Assembly (NCBI GenBank): GCA_963789955.1
Contig: CAWBMV010000006.1
Coordinates: 64,001 to 128,000, forward strand
Length of the DNA: 64,000 bases
Reading direction: 5' to 3'
DNA from: an uncultured Candidatus Rokubacteria bacterium
GTDB taxonomy: Bacteria; Methylomirabilota; Methylomirabilia; Rokubacteriales; CSP1-6
Below are positions 1-8,791 of the stretch, in pieces. The translations under genes were made by a program, and so were the position numbers. Numbering within the stretch: position 1 is the first letter of the stretch; every line of letters begins with the position of its first letter. The notes under the pieces are model-generated. The model searched no databases, was not told where the DNA came from, and saw nothing but the letters and a program-made list of their open reading frames with translations.

Positions 1-86
1 AGACCGGCCGAGCGGAGCCACAGAAGCTCGAGGCCGAGTGCACTCGCGCCGGAGAGCGCGAAGCACGCCCAGAGCAGCTTGTTCAC
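1..86 (-). CDS. N-terminus of a fused membrane/spermidine-synthase-like protein (runs off the window edge)
   Basis: GTG at 86 overlaps the permease TGA (GTGA). Reads MNKLLWACFALSGASALGLELLWLRSAG, resembling the LSGxxxLxxExxWxR start of MFS/spermidine synthase fusions. Confidence 0.55.
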   Translation of the reverse strand, partial: MNKLLWACFALSGASALGLELLWLRSAG

Positions 87-964
87 GCCGGGCGGAACCT
101 GAGCGCCTGTCGGAGCCGGACCGCGCTACCGACGACGACAAGCACGGCGGCGCTCACGGCCACTTCGGCGGGGCCGAGCGGCATGTCATAGCGATACGCC
201 GCGCAGAAGCCGACGAACGCGGTGACGCCTCCGATCGCCGCCGAGGCGATCGAGAAGGTCAGCATTCGCCGCGTGACGAGGCGCGCGGTGAGCGGCGGCG
301 CCAGCAGGAATCCGAACGTCACGAGGGGGCCGGCCGCAAGAACGCCGAATGAGATCGTGAGGCCGCACAGGACGTAGAGCGTCGTGTCCCAGACGGTGGT
401 CGACTTGCCGAAAACCACGGCGAGATCCCGGTCGAACGAGACGAGCAGAAATTCCTTCTGGAAGACGAGGAGGACCACGACGACGAGGCCGAGGACGACG
501 CCGAGAAACGCCACACTCTTCTCGGTCGCGGCCAGGAGCTCGCCCTTGAGTAGATTCACGATGTGCGCCTCACCCCAGGGGTCGGCCGCCAGGAACAGGA
601 TCGTGAGGGCGCCGGCGATCGCGTAGACCATGCCGATGCGCGCCTCGACGATCCCCCGCCCGCGCCGCTCCAGCGCCGCCAGGGTGAGGATCCCGATGAG
701 CGTGAAGGCGGTGGCCCCGACCCGGGCCATGATGGAATCGCTGGCCCCTCCGTGGGGATGGGGCCCGACGATCGTGCGATGCATGAGGAGCGCGAAGGCG
801 ATGCCGGCGGCGGAGAGCTGCGGAAGGGCGACCCCGAGGAAGATCATGCGGCGCAGGACGAAGTAGACACCGACGAGCGGACAGACGACGCCGACCAGGA
901 CGCTGGCGACCAGCGCGTCGCGCAGGAGGAACCCGGGCCGCAATACCTCGAGGACCGTGCTCAT
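83..964 (-). CDS. Metal (Zn/Mn/Ni/Co) ABC transporter permease, ZnuB/MntB family
   Basis: Starts MSTVLEV at ATG 964, overlapping the ATPase stop. VCPLVGVYFVLRRMIFLGVALPQ motif and multiple TM segments. Confidence 0.92.
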   Translation of the reverse strand: MSTVLEVLRPGFLLRDALVASVLVGVVCPLVGVYFVLRRMIFLGVALPQLSAAGIAFALLMHRTIVGPHPHGGASDSIMARVGATAFTLIGILTLAALERRGRGIVEARIGMVYAIAGALTILFLAADPWGEAHIVNLLKGELLAATEKSVAFLGVVLGLVVVVLLVFQKEFLLVSFDRDLAVVFGKSTTVWDTTLYVLCGLTISFGVLAAGPLVTFGFLLAPPLTARLVTRRMLTFSIASAAIGGVTAFVGFCAAYRYDMPLGPAEVAVSAAVLVVVGSAVRLRQALRFRPA

Positions 965-1659
965 GCGCTCGACGGCACCCCCAGGTCGGCCGCGGCCATC
1001 ACGTCTTCGACCCGGCGCCGGGCGACGCGCCCATCCTGCACCCAGAACACCCCGGTGGCGAGGCCCTGCAGCATCCGCGGCTGGTGCGTGACGAGCAGCA
1101 CCGTCAGGCCCGCGTCCCGGTTGAGCCGGCTGAGGACGCCCATGATCGTCGCGGTCGCCTCCGCGTCGACGCCCGCCGTGGGCTCGTCGAGGAGAAGGAA
1201 GCTCGGCTCGGCGGCGAGCGCGCGCGCGATCAGCGCCCGCTGGGTCTGACCGCCTGAGAGCGAGGCGAACCGCTGTTGCGCAATCGCGCCGAGCCCGACC
1301 AGGTCCAGGGCCTCCGAGGCCCGTCTGCGCTCGGCCCGCCCGACACGCCGCCATGGCGCAAGGCGCGCGTATGTGCCCATCAGGACGACCTCGAAGACCG
1401 TCAGCGGAAAGCTCGGATCGAGCGACTCCCGCTGAGGCACGTAGCCGAGCGGGCTCGCGGCGCGGTCGAAGCCGTACTCGAGGGTGCCCTGGCTGACCGG
1501 CATGAGTCCGACGATCCCGCGCAGGAGGGTCGTCTTGCCTGCGCCGTTGGGTCCCAGCAGCGCGACGAATTCGCCGCGCTCGATCTCGAGGCTGACGTGC
1601 TCGAGGACCTGCCGATTCCCGTACCCGAGGCTGACGTTACGGAGTCGCAGAAGGCACAA
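961..1659 (-). CDS. Metal ABC transporter ATP-binding protein, ZnuC family
   Basis: Walker A GPNGAGKT, YVPQ, LSGGQ signature, LLLDEPTAGVD, H-loop. Confidence 0.95.
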   Translation of the reverse strand: MCLLRLRNVSLGYGNRQVLEHVSLEIERGEFVALLGPNGAGKTTLLRGIVGLMPVSQGTLEYGFDRAASPLGYVPQRESLDPSFPLTVFEVVLMGTYARLAPWRRVGRAERRRASEALDLVGLGAIAQQRFASLSGGQTQRALIARALAAEPSFLLLDEPTAGVDAEATATIMGVLSRLNRDAGLTVLLVTHQPRMLQGLATGVFWVQDGRVARRRVEDVMAAADLGVPSSA

Positions 1660-2583
1660 GAAGGGCCGCCGAGCCTCCTGTCACCGCTTTGACCAGGGTG
1701 CGGACATTGTAGTCAATGAGGTCGATATAGTCCTTGGCCTCGGGCACTCCGCGGACCATGGCCGGCAGCTCGACCAGCTTCGCCCCGGTGGACTTGGCCA
1801 CCGTCTCGGCGAGCCCGGCCGGATAATGCAGCTCGCGGATGACGATCTCGACCTTGGCCTGACGCATGCGCTCGATGAGCTCGGCGACGTGCGCCGGGGT
1901 GGGATCGACGCCCGGCCGAATCTCGATCGTCCCGAACTGGATCATCCCGAAGCGTTCGGCGAAGTAGATCATGTCCGGGTGATACGCCACGAATTTCTTG
2001 CCCTTCAACGGCGCGGCCTCACGCTGCCAGCGAACGATCGCCTCGTCGAGCTTTGCGTTGTAGGCGTCCCCGTTCTTCTTGAAGACCGCCGCATGCTCCG
2101 GGTCGAGACGGGAGAGACCGTCGACGATCGCCCGGACGATGTTCTTGCCATTACCGGGGTCGAGATTGAAATGGGGGTTGCCCATCGGATGAACGTCGCC
2201 GAGGGAACGATCGAGACGGGTGGGCACCTCGAGCGGCGTGACGTAGACGGAGCAGTCGATGTAGCCCGGCATGTCACGCTGGATCTTCGGGTTCCGACTG
2301 GCCTCGAGCAGAGCCGGAAGGAACGCATGCTCGGCCTCGAGCCCCATCAGGATCACGCCGTCGGCGCGATTGAGCAGGACCGCGAAGCTCGGCTTCATCG
2401 GGACCGCGTGGATGTCCTCGACGCCGGTCGCGAGGCTCGCGACGTCGACGAAGTCGCCGCCGACGTTGCGGGTGATGTCGGCCAGATCCGGGATGGTCGT
2501 CACGATCCGTAGCTTCTTGGCCGCGTCGGCGCCGCCGGGAAGCAGCACGGTCGCGACGAGAATGACGAGCAGAAATCTCTCAT
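1637..2583 (-). CDS. Metal ABC transporter substrate-binding protein, ZnuA/PsaA cluster A-I (probable indel in signal peptide)
   Basis: DIHAV, DVHPMGNPHFNLDP and YHPD metal-site motifs. ATG 2583 follows GGAG; the signal peptide RFLLVILVATVLLPGGADA is one base out of frame with this ATG. Confidence 0.92.
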
Positions 2584-2666
2584 GATATCTCCGTCACCGC
2601 GTGGACCATGCTTCGCACATTGTAGTCCACGAAGGCTGCTTCGTTGAGCGGGTTCGCGGTCGTCTC
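2580..2666 (-). pseudogene. Vestigial C-terminus of a second metal-binding protein paralog
   Basis: Reads ETTANPLNEAAFVDYNVRSMVHAVTEIS*, compared with DLIDYNVRTLVKAVT at the end of the intact SBP. Its TGA overlaps the SBP ATG. Confidence 0.6.
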
Positions 2667-4051
2667 CTATCGATCCCGGAAGCCGTGGACGTGACTACCC
2701 ATGACGATCGTCCATTGCAGGAAGAACGCATCGTCGGTCGGCTTGGATGACGGCAAGCTCGTTTCGCTGTGGGTGTATTGGAGCCGAATGCGCTGGAACT
2801 CGGACGCCCAGATGGTGAAATACGGTGAGATCTGCCAGGTCGTGCGCGACGGATTGTCGATGTCCTGGACGTATTCCAGCAGGATCCCCGGGTAGTAGCG
2901 GCGGGTCAGGCGCGCCTCGAAATAGGTGTACGCGCCGACCGCATCGCGATATCTGAAGACCTGGGTAGGGCTGTCGTCGGTCGGGGGAATGCCCGGTCGG
3001 GCCTCGTGATTCACGAGGAGCTCGCTGCCCCAGATGAAGCCACGGTACGAGGACTGGCCCAGCGGTGCGTACCGCAACGTCATATCGAATCCGAACAGAT
3101 TTCGAGCCTTCAGCCCTTCGATTCGCACCTCCGGCGTGTAGGCGTCGCTCAGCCCGAGGTCGAGCCCTAGAGAATCGCTGAGGCTGAAGTACGTGGCCAC
3201 CCGACCCAGGTAGGTGAACTCCGAAAGATCGCGCGGTACGAGGTTGGAGACGCGATCGTTCTCGGCACCGATCTTGTTGTACATGCCGGCCGTGAACGTC
3301 AGGTACTGATCGATCGGCGCCAGCCAGCTCACCTCGACGCCGTCGGCCTGCGATTCTCCGCCGACGTACTGGTCGAGGACGAGGGGCCGGTTCACGAACG
3401 GCAGATCGTGGTCGTGGAACGTGGACAGGCGTCCGAACTCGGCGAAGAAGCGCCCGCCCTTGACCGTGAGGTTGTAGGGGAGCGCCGTCGTGACGATGGC
3501 GGCTTCCTCGACCTCGACCCCGTCCGCCGTCCCGTTGATGATGGCGTACGCCCTCGCAAACGGATCGACACTCGCCGAGATCCCCAGCTCACCCGACCGG
3601 AACTCGAAGTTCGAGTGGTTCTGCCGACTGTCGAGAACACCGAGTCGACGACGAATCCGATGGCTGGATTGAACTGAGATGGGAACGTCTTGTTCGCCGC
3701 GGCGAGTTGCGGCTGGATCTCGGCCAGGATCATTCGCTTGAGCTCCTCCGCGTCGACCGCCATGGGTGCCGGAGTCGGCGTCGCGGGCGGAGCCGCCGAG
3801 GGTATCGCCGGGGGAGGCGCTGCGGGCGCGGCTGACGGTGTGGGTGTGCCCGGTTTCTCGCCCGAGAGCTTTCGGATCAGCTCCTCCTGCTGTTTCATCT
3901 GTTGCTCGACGCGCTGCAACTGCTGCTTGACTGCGTCGAGCTCCCGGCGAAGCTGCTCTTCGCTCGCCGGCTGCTGGCTATGACCGGCGTAGGACCGCCG
4001 AGTATCACTGCCGTGCCCAGCAATACGACGACGGGAAGTAAGCACGCGCAT
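2667..4051 (-). CDS. Outer-membrane beta-barrel porin of the type linked to Zn/Mn ABC operons (frameshifted)
   Basis: Joined frames give a signal peptide, coiled coil, Pro/Ala linker, FNPAIG..EFRSGELGISASVDPFARAY..GRFFAEFGRLSTFHDHDLPFVNRP, amphipathic strands and C-terminal GSHVHGF. SD CGGAGGA at 4056-4062. Confidence 0.8.
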
Positions 4052-4127
4052 GCGATCCTCCGTATGGACATCGAGCTTGCCGGCAGCGGAGCCGGCGTGG
4101 TCGAGCTACGTCAGTGCGCGGAGGACG

Positions 4128-4409
4128 CTAGCGGAGCGGAGGAGCGCGAGAATCGAAGCGGTAGAGCGCCTGGCCCTGGATTCGGCCCGAGCGCTGGTGG
4201 GCCGCGAGCAGGGAGGCCAGGAACAGGACCACGACCGGTACGGTTTCGGCCAGCGACGCGGTCGAGCCGAGCGCCGCCATCAGGCTGAGGTCGTGCTCTG
4301 CGTTCCAGAGCCCCGACTCGGCCGAGACGTGGACGTGGAGAAGGGTCGCGCCGGCGACGACGAACGCGACGAGGCCCAGCACCAAGAGTAGCGACTTGAA
4401 CTTCGTCAC
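4128..4409 (-). CDS. Upstream leader / putative ribosome-arrest peptide with C-terminal RAPP (DUF2946/CruR-like, Cys-free)
   Basis: 93 aa: N-terminal hydrophobic segment, LHVHV, AEHD, and ends DSRAPPLR. Lies 76 nt upstream of the porin. Confidence 0.8.
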   Translation of the reverse strand: MTKFKSLLLVLGLVAFVVAGATLLHVHVSAESGLWNAEHDLSLMAALGSTASLAETVPVVVLFLASLLAAHQRSGRIQGQALYRFDSRAPPLR

Positions 4410-4416
4410 GGCGCTA

Positions 4417-4444
4417 ACAATACCTCACTTCTCGGTGTACGCAA
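4417..4444 (-). promoter_or_regulatory. Putative sigma70 promoter giving a leaderless transcript of the RAPP leader
   Basis: TTGCGT-N16-TATTGT, then 7 nt to GTG 4409. No SD in that 7-nt gap. Confidence 0.55.
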
Positions 4445-4476
4445 AGCCTGCGAAGGACTCACCCGAGGGGCGTGCC

Positions 4477-4845
4477 TCACCGCCGACCCGTCACCGTGAA
4501 GGTCAAGGTCGACTCGACGACGTGGCCGTCGACCGACAGCACGCGAAAGCTCACGGTATAGCGTCCGGGCGCGAGGAGAGGCAGCGAGACCGCGAGCCGC
4601 CGGGCATCCTCGGCCGACACCGCGACGTCACGCAGATCGACCTGGGCCCCCGCCTCGTTGGTCACCGACGCCTTCGAGTACGCCGGCTCGAGGCGCTCGT
4701 TGAACCAGAGCTCGACCCGGGGCGGCGGCTCGACGAGCGCGGCTCGCTGGGCGGGGACGGACTTCACGAGGACCGCGTGCGCGAGGGCCGCGGCAGGCCG
4801 GAGCAGCAGGGCGGCCAGCCCGGCGAGGACGAGACGCCGTCTCAT
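4477..4845 (-). CDS. copC: Periplasmic copper-binding protein CopC
   Basis: Signal peptide ending ALA-HAVL (N-terminal His), ELWFNERLE, YTVSFRVLSVDGH. Confidence 0.93.
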   Translation of the reverse strand: MRRRLVLAGLAALLLRPAAALAHAVLVKSVPAQRAALVEPPPRVELWFNERLEPAYSKASVTNEAGAQVDLRDVAVSAEDARRLAVSLPLLAPGRYTVSFRVLSVDGHVVESTLTFTVTGRR

Positions 4846-5210
4846 TTGATCTTCTCGATCGCGGTGACGGCCAGGTTCGGCAGAATGCCTCGCAAGGTGA
4901 ATCGTACCGCGTCGCCGACGGCCACGGCCTCCTGGATCTTCGGCGACGCGACGCGAAAGCCCATGGTCATCGCCGGCATGTAGCCCGGGATGTCGCCGTG
5001 CGTGAGCACGATCACCCCGAGCTCGGGAAAGATCGCGCGCACGACGCCGTCGACCGTCCACTGGCGCTCGACTCCGCTGGTGGCGGCGGTGCGCGCCTCG
5101 TCGAGCTCGCGCTCGAGCCGGGCCGCGCGAAGCCCCCAGAAGGCATAGCCCCAGCCCACACCGACGACGAGCGCCAGGTTGATCAGGAGCACCGCCTTCC
5201 AGGCCCGCAT
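4842..5210 (-). CDS. Membrane-anchored CusF-like copper-binding protein
   Basis: N-terminal TM. LTHGDIPGYMPAMTMGFRV carries the H..MxM CusF site, followed by VGDAVRF. Confidence 0.88.
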   Translation of the reverse strand: MRAWKAVLLINLALVVGVGWGYAFWGLRAARLERELDEARTAATSGVERQWTVDGVVRAIFPELGVIVLTHGDIPGYMPAMTMGFRVASPKIQEAVAVGDAVRFTLRGILPNLAVTAIEKIK

Positions 5211-7187
5211 CAGTGCACGTGCTCCTCCGGCGCCGCCTCCGCCGTGATCTTCTCGTCGTTGAGCTGCTGCACCTGGGCCATGAACGAATCGAGGTCGCCG
5301 GCCTCGCCGCCGCTTCGAGTGATGGCGCGGATGTAGCCCTGGCGATCGATGAGGAGCTCGACGTGCGGAGCGACCGCGAACATCCGATAGGCGGCCACGA
5401 TCGTCTCGGCGCCCTCGGTGACCACCGGGAACATGATGCGCGGGTCCGGACCGAGATGACGGATCGCGTCCGGGTCGGCGTCGATCGGCACCGCGATGAC
5501 CTCCACGCCGAGCATCGCCAGGCTTCCCTCGTGCTGGGCGATCTGAGTCATCCGCGCGCGCGAGCCGGGCAGCGCGTACAGCACGACCAGCACGTTGCGG
5601 CCCCGATAGTCCTTGAGCGTGCGCGCCGGCGTCGGGCCGACCGTGAACGTGAAGTCGGGTGCGACGAGCCAGCGCCGGTCGCGCTCGATCGTGGGTCCCA
5701 TGCCTCGGGCGCCGTACCCCGCCGACAGCGCGCGCAGGAAGTTGATCAGCTCCCAGCGTTGCTCCTCGCCGAGCCGCGAGTCGAATCCGGGCATCCCGGA
5801 TCCCGAGATCCCGTGACTGATCCACCAGAACAGGTCGCCCGCCGTGTGCTGCGCGGTGTGCGGCGCGCGCAGGTCGGCAGGGGACCGCGGAAGCCCTCGG
5901 CCGTCGGGGCCGTCGCCTGCGCCCCGCGGCCCGTGGCAGCCCGCGCAGTTCGTCTGGTAGAGCGCGGCGCCGGCCGTGATCGCGCCGGCCTGATAGGGTA
6001 CCGAAGGGCGCAGATACGTCGTCGGGTACGCGTCGATCGCCAGCGGCGGAAGCGCGAGCCCGGCGCCGGCCCCGAGCAAGGCGAGCGCGACCATCGCCAG
6101 GGGAAGCCGCCAGGCGCGCATCGCGATCCCGGCGATCAGGGCCAGCAGACCGATCACACCGATCTGGCTTCCGATCAACGCACGCGCCGTCTCGTCGGCG
6201 CGGCCCTCGAGCGCGGCGAACGACAGGCGGATCGTGAACGGCCAGAGTGGCGGCTCGTGACGGGCCGGCGGCGTGACGCTCATCGCGGCGACGATGGCGA
6301 CGATCGCCAGCGCCAGGATCGCCTCCACGAGCACAAATCCCGCGAGTCGGCGCATCGCCGGACGACCGACCGCCGGCCCGTCGCCGCCGAGACGGGCCAG
6401 AAGAACCGAGCGATTCACTGCGGCCAGCACGAGAATGAGCACCAGCAGCCCAAGCTTGGCGAGGAGCAGACGCCCGTAGGTCGTGCCGACGAGCCCGGCG
6501 ACGTTGCCGACGTGGGTGACCGCGAGCGTGGTGCCCGTGATCGCGAGCAGGAGGATCACGCCCAGCGCGGCGCGCGAGAAGCTCCGCGCCGCGAGCACCG
6601 CGTACGGCCGCGCATCCGCGCCGGCGTCCGTCGACGCCTTTTTCAGGAGAAGCGCCAGCGGGAGCAGCCCTCCCACCCAGATGCCGGCGCCGAGCACGTG
6701 CAGGGCGTCGACCGCGATCGCCCGCGCGGTGTCCGGCTCCACGGCGGCGGCGTGACCCGCCGCCGCGAGCGGCACCAGGGCCGCGACCCCGAGCAGCATC
6801 GCTTCGCCTCTCGCCGCCCGCCAGTCCGCGCGCCGCGCGACGGACACGCGCAAGGACAGGAAGGCGACGAGCATCGACGAGGAACCCGGCGCGCACGAGC
6901 CAGACGTGGCCGGCCTGGGTTTCGACCAGCACGCGTCCGATCGCGCGGGCTTCGAGCGCCGCGGCCGGCCGATCTTCGAAGAGGGCCGCCTGCGTACCGA
7001 CCACGACGAGGCCGGACGCGAGCGCGACGAGCGCGCAGCCCCACGCCCAGGCGAGCACGCGCCGCTCCCAGGCCAGTGCGGTCGCGCGATCAGAGCGGCC
7101 TGCCATCACGATCATCGCCGCGGCGCCGACGAGGAGGACCGAGCTGGCGAGATGGAACCAGCGAGCGGTGAGACCGAGCGCGTACAC
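5210..7187 (-). CDS. copD: CopD + cytochrome c + thioredoxin-fold fusion (frameshift near 6875)
   Basis: ARWFHL, AGHAAA, LHVLGAGIWVGGL, TTYGRLLLAKL (CopD). CAGCH heme motif with GMPGF. APDFTF..LKDYRGR redoxin-like domain. Ends EEHVH. Confidence 0.88.
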
Positions 7188-7217
7188 CCGGCCAGTGTAC
7201 CGGATGGGCAACCGGCA

Positions 7218-7246
7218 TTGAGTCCGGCGAGTTTCTTCGCTACAGT
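7218..7246 (+). promoter_or_regulatory. Putative sigma70 promoter giving a leaderless transcript of the second RAPP leader
   Basis: TTGAGT-N17-TACAGT, then 7 nt to ATG 7254. Confidence 0.65.
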
Positions 7247-7253
7247 GCCATCC

Positions 7254-7764
7254 ATGCTGCGGGTCCTGGCGATGCTCGCCTTGGCCGCTTTCGTTCTGGC
7301 CGCGGGCCCGGCCGACGCTCACGTCGGCAGCGCCGAGCGCGCCGTGTTCGAGGCGCCGGAGCTTCCGGCGGCCTCGGAAGCCTCTGGTCCGACTCAGTTC
7401 CTGGTAGCGGGCGACTCGACCGACTTCCCGTGGCCGATTGCCCTGATCGTGCTCTTCGCCGCGGCGACCCTCACGCGGCGGCGTTCCCGCGGACTGGTCG
7501 CGGCGGTCCTGGTCGCTCCTGATCGCGATCCTCGGTGTCGAGGCGGCGGTGCATTCGGTGCACCACGCGTCCGGCGGCCAACCCGTCGCGTGTCCGACCG
7601 CCTCGGTCGCCGCGCATCTCGACGGCACCACGGTCGTGGCGCTCGCGCTGGACGAGCCCGTCCACCCGGTCGGCACCGCGACCGTGCTGTCCGGTCCGCG
7701 CCTCGCTTCACTCCGCTCGCTCGATCCGTCGCAGCCCCGGGCTCCCCCGTTCGCGCTCGCGTAG
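7254..7764 (+). CDS. Second upstream leader / putative arrest peptide with C-terminal RAPP (about 170 aa, frameshift near 7517)
   Basis: Signal peptide ending ADA-HVG, two hydrophobic segments, VHSVHH..ACPTASVAAH, and ends QPRAPPFALA. Lies 39 nt upstream of the porin gene. Confidence 0.78.
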
Positions 7765-7803
7765 ACATCGCGCGACGCTCCAAAAATTTCCCAGGGGGGT
7801 CCC

Positions 7804-8791
7804 ATGCAAGGGAAGACTCTATTCGCGTGCGCGCTCGCGCTGGCGCTCTCGTTCGCGACGTTCGACGCGGCTCAGGCCCACGGCCTGATCGGCAAGCGGT
7901 TTTTCCCGGCGACCTTGGCCACCGACGATCCGTTCGTGGCCGACGAGCTCTCGTTGCCGACCATCTCCTATCTCAAGCTCCGGGGCAGTGAAGACGCGCC
8001 CCCGACGAAACAGATCGACCTGAGCGGCGAGTTCTCGAAGCGTCTGAGTCCCGAATCTGGGCATCTCGCTCGCTGGGACCTTCACGATGCTGGACCCGGA
8101 CGAAGGCTCGTCCGTGAGCGGCTTCGACAACCTCGAGGTCTCGGCGAAGTACGTCTTCTTCAAGAACGCCCCGCACGAGCTCCTGCTGGCGGGCGGTCTC
8201 AGCTGGGACGTGGGCGGCACCGGCAGCAAGAAGGTCGACGCCGAGAGCTTCGACACGTGGACGCCGCAGCTCTTCTTCGGCAAGGGCTTCGGCGATCTGC
8301 CGGATCAGCTCGAGCTGATGAAGCCCTTCGCGGTGACCGGCGTGTTCGGCCTGGCGATTCCCTCGCGCGTGCACACGAAGACGTTCGAGACCGACGAAGA
8401 CGGCACCGTGGACGTGAAGAAGCCGCTGAATCCGATGGTGTTCCAGTGGGGGTTCAGCTTCCAGTACAACCTGCAATACCTGCAATCCTACGTGCGCGAC
8501 GTCGGGCTCCCGGCGCCGCTCAACCGGATGATTCCGATCGTCGAGCTCGTGCTCGAGACGCCGCTCGACGGGCGGGACGCCGGGCGCACGACCGGCACCG
8601 TGAACCCGGGGATCATCTGGTTCGGGCGGTATTTCCAGCTCGGGCTCGAGGCGGTCATTCCGGTCAACCACGACATCAGCAAGAACATCGGCGCCCTCGC
8701 GCAGATTCACTTCTATCTGGACGACATCCTGCCGCAGGTCTTCACGTGGACGCCGTTCCACGGCGTCCTCGGGCCGACGCAGCCGCAGTGA
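7804..8791 (+). CDS. Putative outer-membrane beta-barrel protein associated with copCD (frameshift near 8050)
   Basis: Signal peptide AQA-HGLIGKRFFPATLATDDPFVADELSLP. Alternating aromatic strands GFDNLEVSAKY, QLGLEAVIPVN, QIHFYLDD. Confidence 0.72.

Noticed and set aside
2667..2669. Pyrrolysine or amber read-through of the porin TAG
   Set aside because: The porin ends at a family-like HVHGFRDR terminus, the extension resembles an SBP remnant, and no pyl genes are seen.
5213..7171. Long antisense ORFs (also 11305-12678, 48572-50206 and others)
   Set aside because: They are shadow ORFs opposite well-supported genes, expected with high GC3 codon usage, and carry no motifs.
4842..7805. 987-aa ORF (likewise the 1061-aa ORF at 47610-50795, 919-aa at 26728-29487 and 743-aa at 15390-17621) as giant novel proteins
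   Set aside because: These are chimeras of real gene segments and Arg/Ala/Gly-rich off-frame sequence, caused by high GC and indels.
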